This document shows positions 49,801-61,047 of a stretch of 64,000 nt of DNA, piece after piece. Both the position numbers and the translations under genes were made by a program. The stretch spans positions 12,404,127-12,468,126 of the forward strand of contig CM082585.2 of the NCBI GenBank assembly GCA_040954595.2. Reading direction: 5' to 3'. Within the stretch, counting starts at the first letter, position 1, and every line of letters starts with the position of its first letter. Source of the DNA: Balanoglossus misakiensis (taxonomy: Eukaryota; Animalia; Hemichordata). The notes under the pieces were generated by a model, which was given only the letters and a program-made list of their open reading frames with translations, made no database searches and was not told where the DNA came from.

Positions 49801-50990
49801 ATAAATTAACGTTCTGCGAATTTGACATAGAGATCAATTGCCATTTACTGGTGTGAAAATAATCAATGAAGTTACAATCAATCATTTGGCGGCAAAAATG
49901 TTTTACATAACACAAATTATGTGTGTGCTCTGTTAGCAGGATTATGTGTTGGGCAAGGGCAATTTTGCTTAGGTGTATATATGTGACTACGGTGAATCAG
50001 CAAAATTAATTCTTTACAAGAATCTGAAGAAATTATCTAAATGGAGAACTAATCCATGACCTTTGAGAATAAAAAAAACATGAGACAAAACTACTCAAGG
50101 GTTAGTAAACAAATGAAAAAAAGCAATAGCAGAATATATTTTGAAAGCTAAATCTAACACAGTTTTTAGGTTTGGAGTCTATTACTTTAAAAGGCACTTG
50201 TAGCAGTTGCTGTTGAGATGAACAAATGATGGGAAATCAGACATACAAAACATCAAAAAAGCACAAATGCATTTCAATATGGTGTAAATGAATAAATATC
50301 AAACTTACATTACACAATATTAATGATACAAGCAGTCTCCCAAAAACTGAGAAATGCTAGTAACAATTCTTGGAGAGATAGAAAAAAATAATAAACACAT
50401 TAATTTACAGAATTGGGAACAATAAAACACTTCCCTGTAAACCCACTTACAATATGAATTCTACTTTTTTTGTGTTTTATATTTTTATGTCAACTATTAA
50501 TACAAGAATTTTTTTTCAAATGTCTACAGCAGCAATGGAAAACTTTTTTTTTCTTATCCATGTTTTACAGTATTCTTTGAAAGATTCTTAATCAAACTAA
50601 AAATAAAAGACAAAAGAGACTTTATCGTAAGTTTTGTAAAACTGTACAGTATACATGTTAGTGACAAAAAACACTGCGAAAACACTGCATGACTACTCAA
50701 CCATACAAATTTAATACACTAGAACTGAAAAACCAAAGTTGGCAAATTTCTTTTAAGAAAACTTACCACATGCAATACAAAACTGACTGTGGCTAAAATT
50801 TTGTAATGTTTTGACAGCTTCAAATGGCACCTCAAAATATTTACTATGACTCTCATGGTGGCATTAAAACTTTGGCTCTTCATAAGAGGGTGTTTTATTG
50901 CACTTTCACTGCTTCAATCTACAAATTTACGAAACAAAAATTTTAATTCTTGCACATCTTACAAACCAAGGACTAAGTTTATTTACGTTT

Positions 50991-53900
50991 TCATGCTGTA
51001 CCATTAACTAAATTTGGTGCTTCCGATTTTAATGTTATACTAACTTTTCCTTTCCCTTCAACAGCTTTATTTCCATTTGTAGTTATATTTTTGTCTGACG
51101 TGTCGTTTGATGAGGATGTGTTTTGATTTGTTGTTGTTGTTGTTGTTGATGCAGCAGCGGCTTTTGCGTTTTCTCTTGTTCGCCTTTCTCGTGGCGGCCG
51201 AGATGATCGTTGTTGTTTGGGTGATTCATCTCCTTGTGATGAGGATTTCTCACCAGCGCTTTGCGGTTTACTCTCATTTCTACTGGGATGGCTGTTGGTG
51301 TTAGAATGTGGTGGAGGTTTACCAACATCACCTTTGCTGCCTGGCCTGCTGTTTTGGTTGTAACTGTTGCTGTTTGGCCGCTGCGTCATAGGCCCTGAAC
51401 TCCTTTGTGAGATTGGCCGGTTTCGTCCCCTCCGCTGCATTTCTGGCGAGTTTGCTTTACTTGTGTCTGTATCTTCATTTGCATTCAGGTTCTCCTGAAT
51501 GGGTGACGGAGGTTCCCTCGGCTTACGCCGGCGACGATTTCGACGCGAGGGTTTACGATTTCTATCCGATGGTCCATCTACAGCAAACACAGAAGGTATG
51601 TTTTAAGTCTTATAAACTCAAAGACCAGAAGGCCTTTAAAACAGTTCTGAAACTTTTTATACAATTCACATTACACTTTGATACAACACCACTACAGACA
51701 TAGGTACTTAGGGAATACCAACAACCATTCATACAATCACCAATTAATGAAACCATATCAAGTTAAACCTACAAAGTTCAGAGTACCTTCTTTCTCAGTT
51801 CCTGTAGTTTCCTCATCAACTGTTGTTGACTCTTCTCCAAGTACTGTTTCTTCTTCATCATGCTGGCGTCTCCGACTGTCTCTCTGACTAGAATCTTCTT
51901 CAGTTTCACTTGTTGGCGTGGCTGACCTGTGACTAACTGTTAAGCAGATAACATTGATCAAAATGTTAGATTGATAACTGATAGAGATTTCACACAACTA
52001 GAATTTTGATTACAATGATTGGAAAATACAGACATATATGGTGTTCAGACCCAGCACATTAAAAATTATTCTGAAATATTCTATGTTGGAGACTGGCATA
52101 ATGGTTCACTGGTTGCCATATTGGCTTATGTTGTAACAGTGTTACTGCCCAAATCTGAGCAGATTAACTTGCAAGTGAACAGCCATAGTCATTTTACGAA
52201 TGTTCTGGAGCGCCCTCACACAACAATTGAAACAAATAAGAACCAGGCAGTCGATCATTCACATCTGCAGATTCTAATTTATTCTTGAAATAAACCTAAG
52301 TCGACTAACATATCACTTACAATCATGAGGTCTGAAAGAGAAACCACCTCTTCCTCTGCCCCTTCCTCGACCCCTGCCACGTCCACGAGCCATACTGTAT
52401 CCACCTCTACCACCACGTGATGACATTTCACGCCTGTCTTCATCCGCAACCTGATCCGCCCAATCCCTCCGTCTGACAGCCTCATTATCAGAATAGATAT
52501 CTCTTTCATGGCTCTCACCTGTAACAAATCAAACATCAGAGGTTAGATGCAATTAACTGTAGTTACAATGTCTTACATCCAGCTTCTGAGCAGAGAGGTA
52601 GCTTTCAAGGAAAGGGAGTCAAAAACAAAAGGAAGACAGCAGAGGATGATGGGTGAGACAGTGTGTATCTGAGAAAACTCCTTCTCACCAGCAAATCTTC
52701 TTTCGTTGCCCCATCGTCTTCCTCGGAATCCACCCCTACCTCTTCCTCGACTGCCGTAGTCATCAGCAGCATCAGATGCATAACCTCGATCTCCACGCCG
52801 TTCTCTTGGTGGTGGAAAGTATGGACCTGGTACGAATCCAGTGCCCAGACTTCGAAGCTGCTCGTCTATTTGTAGTTTCTCTATCCGAAGCTGCTCTACT
52901 TCCTGAAAATCACAAATTGATTACTTCTCTATAATTTCAATAGTTTTGAGGAATATGCAATAATTAATGGAATGTGGGTTGATGAGATCCACTTGTATGA
53001 TTTATATAACAAGACTTCCCAGTTCATGCATTACGCTTTATCAGAGAGAGAGACAACACAAGCAGAAGTTGTCAACATAAAAAAATCTGATGATTAGTGT
53101 TTACTTACTTTGAGATGAGCAAGATGATAATTGAGGAGAGTAACAGCATTCCCAATATTGTCCATGGTGCCAACAAACATAAATGGTACAATACCATCTT
53201 CTCTACTCTTCTCATCCCTTTCATTATCACCTTCAATCTTCACCCGAACAACTCCAGATTTATCAACAATTTCTTGTATCACCCGCCCATTTTTACCAAT
53301 AACTTTTCCTACAGGAAGAGAAAGTGATGTCATCTTTAGCTTAATTAAAATTTAAGTATGATGGATTTCACATATCTCTTACAGCAATACTTTCCATTTG
53401 GAATGAAAACTAAAAGATTCATGTACTTTTCTAATTCAACAAATATCCTGATAAAACCTTACCTACTAAACTTCTTGGAACACTAACTACATCCTCACCA
53501 AATTCTAACATCTTCCGTGCTTTGCGCACTGATTCTTGGTCCTACAGAAAAACATAAATTTAAGTTTTAGGGACAGTTTAAAACAGATAGGCAGTATAAT
53601 AAAATATTTTCTTTAAATTGTCAAAAAATAAATGCATAATAAAAACCATAATTAACTGGTACATAACATTTGATTACTTACATCACCAAGAACTCTAAAA
53701 GTACAATTATTTTCATCTAGATCGATCCTTTTAACGCCTTCAATTTTCCTGGCTGCTTGTATGTTGACACCATGTGCTCCGATTGCCAAACCCATTAAAT
53801 CTTCACGCACACCAAACTCCTCAGTGGCAAATTCTGTTTGCTGTTTGGTCACCTGGAAATCAACACAAAAATATTTGCACAACAATTCTACATGTACACT

Positions 53901-56900
53901 TAACTGCAGTGATTTTGTACAATTTCTCTCAGGGTTTGTTCTTTTGATCAAGCGAGTCTGTAATTCTAATTCCACAGGCAGCTTCCTTTAAAAACATCCT
54001 AGTGTGTTGATAAAAACTGAACATCCCCAAAACAGATGAGTGACTGTCACAGGATTGTGAGAGACTTTGTAATATTTGGTTGAAAACATTGGTGAATCAT
54101 TTAATGGGCAAGTATGTTCTTTACCTCATGCAATTCTATGAACTACGAGAGAAAAATGAAAGTTTCTATACCTGGCTTACCTCGAGCTGCTGGGCTGCTT
54201 CTTCTGTTCGGGTCTTCAGCATCAGTTTCGTGCGTAGACTTCGGAAATGCATGTCACTTAGCAGAAGGGCTTTGTGGACGGCAGAGGATGACGTGGACTG
54301 AAAGTGTAACACGCATGAATTTTTACAATCAGAGAGTGTGAAACTTATAATACATTGCCCTGGAAGCAGCTGTATAAGATCACCAATCTCGAACATCAAA
54401 AATATCAACAAAGTCAATAGCAAGAAACTAACTTACCAAGATGACAAGTGCATCAAGGTCAGCATTGTAGAGAACAGAATTCACACCACACGCTTTCTTA
54501 AAGTCCCGATGATTAGCCTCATTCTTGCAACTGAAAAAAAATGTGTGTCAACCTTTAGATGTGTATGGTGTGCTTTATTCCAATAGCTTCATAGAGTTCA
54601 GTCACTCTGTTACAAGCATTTGTCTTGTGTGTTAGTCTCCACTTCAACAAGGCCAGAGGTTGCAAACTGGTTTGGTATTACTGTGTGCGCTTACAATACA
54701 GTTGTATCGGTTCATGTACTTACTATTCTTTAAGATCCTGAGGCACATCAATGGTACACTTGTAGAAGGTATTCTTGTTAACTGCTGGACTGTTGGAAAA
54801 AATTAAAACTCATGTAAATGACATAGTTCTGATATAACACTTGATGACCTGATTTGTCCAAGCAAGACAAATCCCCCCAATAGTTGTTTCATTTTAGAAC
54901 AAATCCCAGCTAGTGTTAGTCTGTCATTCACTGATGTCTCTACTCATGCAGATAATGGTACTTACTTGGCATTTCTCAATCGTAGCCTCTCTGCTTGCAC
55001 TATTTCATTAAACGTAGCATCCCATCCAACATACTCAATCACGTAAAACTGCAAACAAATCAACAGTGAAATGGGTAACTAACAATTTTAGTGTAAACCA
55101 TGAAATATTATTTTGTTAAGGTATACTTTGCAACTGATGACAGTGTTCCTATGTTAGAAACAATCACATCGCAGCTAGCTGTCATTATCAGTCTGAAAAT
55201 AATTCAAAAAGTAGCACTCACCTCTCCCTTGACCATGCTTATTTTTGCCAACCACCATCCACATGGTTCATCTTCACTTGAACGAGAATAAACCTACAAA
55301 ATGAACATGTGTAGATAATAATTTTAGGTAACTGATTTCGTCTATGACAACTTCATTAGATATTACCCCTAAATAATACAAATTTTAGCAATCTCCAAAA
55401 TGAGATTTTCTGTGTTTCATTATTTCAAACGAATGAGGTAGTAAAATCATTTTACAAAAACGAACTGTCATAATAGATCTAGTTGTCTTATTAATTACCT
55501 CTACTTCATCGCCAGCCTTTAATTCATTACTAGCAGCTGGACTTGGAGGAAGACGGACATCACTAAAAGGCACACGCCGCTCGGGGGTCCAACTGTTAAA
55601 CAGACAGAAAAACATTTCAGCATACATCAATTTCATCCTCTTGTTCAATCCAAGTACATGTATGATGTTGACATTATTGGCAAGTTCATTGTCCAGTTGA
55701 CTTGTTTATCAAGTTCCAGTAAACACTAGTGGGAAGACTGGATTGAGTAGCCAGTAGTGGCTTAGCTTACAGGGACAGTTTCAAAAAGGGCAAAAGTTGT
55801 GACAAAAATATAACAGACTACCACTGGTAGTAAAATAATACTATAGCCACACCTCACATTAGTTTATTGCAATCTTTAATGAGCGTTGTCATGATTACAG
55901 GGTGATGGATAGGACATCTGGTTACACTCAAAATGCTCATTACAACTGATCAGAATTTACATTCTATCAATGTTGATCTGACTATTCAAGAAGAGTAAAA
56001 ATAACTTCTCACACAAAACAAATAACAAAAATATCCATGTCAAAAGACATGATATCGTTGAAATGGTATCATTGCAAGCAATCATACTTCTACCACATTT
56101 ACTGAAGCCTACAATCCTCTGTAAAATCACAGACATTCCATTTATTGCAATAAATGTCTGCAAAGCCAACCTAGAGGAATTCTGGGTCATGGGGGCATTG
56201 GAAACCTTATGAGTTAAAGACAACCCTAGTTTGAAATCAAATTTCAAGACAAATTTCAAAATACACAATACATAGCATGGGATTGTTTTTCTCTAGGATG
56301 GCATAAATCAAAATAAGATTTGACGATAAACAGAATGGCCTTGGCAAAGTTCAATATCAGGGTTGTAAATAATATGCTTGTATGATGACATGTTAAATTA
56401 CCCTGCAAGTCATTTGATGCTTGATGAGGGCTGCAATTTAGTGCAAAACATTTACAAGACAATGTATGTTCTTCAAGATACACATACTATCTCTAAGCAT
56501 AATGATCTCATTGCTTATGAGTGAGAAATTGAATTATCCACTTACTCATTTTCAAAAGCTACAGTCACTTCTTCATCATGAATATTTTTCACAAATGCCT
56601 GTAATTTGAAAGAAAACATAAGAAGTATTAGGAAAGCATATGCTTCAAGCATTCCAATAAACTGATAGTTGATTGCATAGTATATAGCATTAGCAACTGT
56701 AGCATAACTTTTGATATTTTTATCATTTTTAATCTTGTCAGAAGACACAGTAAATACATAACTGTTAGTACCAAGGATAGAGAAACACCATACTTCATTT
56801 GTTAATTGCCTTTTCTACCGTGTTTTATCACCACCATGACCCAAAACAATATAATATTAATAATTCTGAAATTGACAGCAACAGCAAACCCTTTGTGTGT

Positions 56901-59834
56901 TAACACTTGCGTATTGTATATCACACAGATTCATTGACCACCACTGCCAATCAAGTTATATTTGACCTCACAAAAATGTGATCACATGTGTTTGGAAAAG
57001 ACCATATTTCCCAATGACAGGACATGGCCACATCCAAGCTACTGGTATTACACATGACCTCTTTAGACGTTTACATGCACATTGCAGAGACCAACGAACC
57101 AACCAACTGGAGAGAAAAAGTAAAGTCTGATCTGCTCACATTATGTCATTGTCATAAATATTCACTCCAAAAGATTACAAGTATGCCACAACCATGTGTG
57201 GGCTCTACATCTTGCTATCAGACTCATAACTTATTTACCCTGATTGGAATTCATGCCCACTGTGCATTCAGCACAATGGTGTGTATAGAATGTAGAGTTG
57301 TTGACAGGAGTTAAGTTTTGAGGAAGAAATTTGACAATATGGTGCTGGCTCCCAAGAGGTAGCCATCCTACATGCATCAAGACATCAGCATTTCTGCTTC
57401 AGCTGGGAGACAATACGCGTTTGAAATACACTGCCTCACTGGTGCCCTGAGTTTGGGAGATGTACATGTACTGTATAATTTCACTGGGAACTCCTCGAGC
57501 TGGATTATAAAATGTTGAACATGACGATGATCAGCAGATATGCTTTAGCCAATCTGGTCTACATGTATATCTGTTTTCCAGTGACTATTATTTGTCATTA
57601 GTGGTCATCTAAATTACAAAAAATATGCTTGGATGACATGGCTAATGCCTCAAGGAGTGGGTGACTCAACCTAGGTCATGTCTTCTGCAATAAGATCACT
57701 TTACACACGCCATCATTCTTCATATAGCCTATCATTGAACCCATATTGATTACACATCTCCATTGAAGAAACAGTGCCTGGGATTTGGTATTATATTTTA
57801 TTTAGATGATCTCCCAGTGAGGCCTTCTGATCCCAGGGTACATAATGTCAGACGATTCACCACTGGGTTATTTTGGTCTGTTTACAACATGGATTACGCT
57901 AACAGTACTCACAAAAATGTACCTCACAACATGTACAGTCACAAAGGAATTCGGAGAAGCTCTCTCAGCTGACATAGTGATTATTCTATGTTCAAATGTC
58001 TATGATTAATATTAAAGTAATTTTGTTTATCATATTTGATATCAACAAAATTTCTACCAGGGTGTACAGGAGATACTATACTACCATGTTATTCCTACGG
58101 AGAGAGTACTACATTACTGACACACTTTCCTTTTGGTGATACATAATACTATCGAACAAAGTAATCCAAATTTACCAGCAAAGATCACAAAGCTCCATAA
58201 TTACCATAAAATGCAATGGTGGGCTAAACTGTCTGTGTCTGAGGCGGTTACTTAAAAGGGACGACCAGCTTATCATCACAGACTGAGATAGTTTGCCCTT
58301 GAAATTTGATAGTCATAAATTTAGGACTGATTGTATTGTACTGATCATGCTCTGACATCAAGTTGAATTTATTAACACTGCTACAAATACATTTTCCAAT
58401 GCACAACTATATATGAATTGAAAGTATTTGTAATATGGAAATATATTAATTTTGGAGATATTGTCTTGATTTAAACTGTCAGACATGCTGGATCCTTACA
58501 CAACGACTCCTATAGCCAATGACATTATGTTCAGAAAAAGTGTTTCTAGACAGTGGTCCAGCATGAAACCTTTTCTCGCATATTTCAACCACAAAACTTA
58601 TGCCAATTTCGTAAAGAATTACGTCACAAATTGTACATGCATTCCAAGTACCACATGATCAAAGAACTTAAAGAAAGACATTTTCCAGCTCAAGGCCATC
58701 CTGCAGCCATATGGTATGACCATATCAAAAAAAACTTCAATTTCAATATTGAAGTTATAGTTACTTACAAATTTAGCCAAAGTTGCTATGGAAAGAGATC
58801 CAGCAATCACTATCAGCCAATCACAGCATTGCACTGGGTGGCCATGCAGAAATGGTTCGCCACCACATGGTTATTTGAATACTTAGACACGCCCATTTAA
58901 CCATATTAGGGCATATGTAAAATTAGAGGTGACTGTGATCATTTAATATGATAATGACACCAGAGCCCTCAAGGTTAGGCCAACAGCATAATCAAACATG
59001 TTCTGCTGACTGGGTTGATGATCAAAGGCCAGCACAGAAATCTAAAAGTATTATTTTGGTAATCAGCTGTTTATGGGATAACGTTTTGGTTCAGTAGAGT
59101 TTGACGTATGCCTATGATATGAAATATGACTTGGTTACGGGAATTGAACGTTCGATTTTCACGAAAATGTTTACTGAGAACTTTGGCCGAGACTGTAGTA
59201 TAGTCCACGATGAAATGAAACCGCTCAAGCAAGTTGGCCAGGCTCGTCGCTAGCGGGTTGACCTCACGTTCCTGTTATCAAACAGTATAGTTGTCGAGTA
59301 GCCCCAGCACTTTTCTGTCAAATCAAAGTGCCCGAAATCAAAGCTTTAATAATCACGGTCATAATGATTGTGTGACAGCTATTGGCATGCCATCGGTTCG
59401 TTCTCCACTCGATCGGAGCGTGGATGGGACGAAAACACTGTCCCCTCATTGAAAACGATCGCGAAGTTCCTCAAGTGATCTTTTCCTAATGACATTGCTC
59501 TTTGACTTTCCTGGATCCATAATATTAGCATCACGACAATGTGTGATAATTTTGTGATTATTCAAACAACTAATGTTTTCCTGACATGGAATGTTCTCAG
59601 GCGGCCTTTCTCAGAAGCGTCACGACATGCTCTCATTGTTTATGCACAGAAGAGAAAATACGACATCCCCATCACTTCTGTTGTGAATTTCTATCTCAAA
59701 TTTACCAAACCCATAGTAAAACATCTTCGCTTTCATGCAAATCAAAAATAGTTAAAATCGATTGACAATTTCTGTAATTTTACCTTATAATATGCACCAT
59801 TGCTACCGCATACTTCTACTGCCAGTTCGTCCAT
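50991..59834 (-). CDS. FMR1: Fragile X messenger ribonucleoprotein family protein (FMR1/FXR1/FXR2 pro-orthologue); about 15 exons, first 59784-59834, last about 50991-51577
   Basis: [24 protein letters not shown]; Agenet motifs [16 protein letters not shown] and [22 protein letters not shown]; [14 protein letters not shown]; KH1 [20 protein letters not shown]; KH2 [30 protein letters not shown]; [17 protein letters not shown]; RGG/RG boxes; TGA at 50991-50993. Confidence 0.96.
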
Positions 59835-60465
59835 CTTGAATATGCAGGGCATGCTGGGTAATTTCTTAGTAACTCGATATTTCCGATGAATGCCAAACCC
59901 ATCTAATCATCAAATCGAAAATAGTTTTATTTGGTGAACTGGGGAATTGAAAAATATTGGTCAAAAGTCAAGAAAACTTTACGAACTGTCGTATTCGATG
60001 AACGGAACTAGTTTTATTCATCTGAATGGTGTATAAACAATCACGAACCTTTGCAAATGTAAAGTTGTAGCCTGGGCTGGAAGGTGAACTTGATGTTATC
60101 TTAGGCCCAACTTAAAAAAGTAAATGTCAAGCAGTGATTTTTAACGCTATCTTAATAGTTCAAGGATACCAAAAACGATCGTTGTAGTATATATCCCAAC
60201 ACTTGGTTCCTTTTTATATCAACTGTTGGTCCTTCTGATTGCTCTCCGTTCATGGAGGAATGTGGCTATGTCGGAGTTCTTGAAAAAGAGCGTGTTTGGA
60301 ATTCCTGGCTTTGGCCTCGTCATGCTGCACTGTATCTTCTCTCTATTTATCTGAAAAAACTGTCCCTTTACGGAAAATCTATGAGAAAACCAGAGCAAAG
60401 GCATCCTTTGCGCCTTAATTTTTTTTCCCAGATCAGGACTAAACTCTGCCGCATATTAAAACGCG

Positions 60466-60817
60466 GTTTTTTTTCTCGATAAAAATTACCAAAAGCTATG
60501 TATGTTAACTCCAATATATAAGGTGTTAGGTAGCTAGGTGTTAGGCAACTATATATCGAAAATGAACGTTCTATTATACTTGTGCAGAAATCGGTCATTT
60601 GCATCGTGGAGTGACCGTGGTTTGATTTACACTTAAACAAACACATTTTGCGGGTGTTTCTGGGACCGCTTTTTTTCTGACCCTTTTTTCGATGTTTTTT
60701 CTCTCGATAAAATTTACCCAAAGCTATGTATGTTAACTCCAATATATAAGGTGTAAGGCAACTATACCGAAAATGAACGTTTTATTATACTTGTGCAGAA
60801 ATCAGTTATTTGCATCG
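60466..60817. repeat. Direct duplication of about 125-140 bp in the FMR1/WDR44 intergenic region
   Basis: CTCGATAAAA.TTACC.AAAGCTATGTATGTTAACTCCAATATATAAGGTGT...GAAAATGAACGTT.TATTATACTTGTGCAGAAATC.GT.ATTTGCATCGT at about 60466-60607 and 60695-60817. Confidence 0.9.
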
Positions 60818-61047
60818 TTTGATTTCACCCTGAAACAAATGGTGGCATAATGTAACATATCAACGCAACGTGAGCGCTGTACTGGTCTCGTAAAATGCGG
60901 GAATGTACGAGACGTTATCCAAGATGGCGACATAGGAAGGGAGAGAACTTTCATCTGTAGGTAGACACCGACTTTGGCTCTCCCACGAAAGAGTGGATTT
61001 ACGAATAACCGACTTTGGAGAAGTTGGAAGGTTTCAAATGATTGAAA

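Noticed and set aside
56600-59783. Short ORFs and CCAAT-like motifs in FMR1 intron 1
   Set aside because: No homology, convincing exon boundaries or repeat structure could be established by eye.
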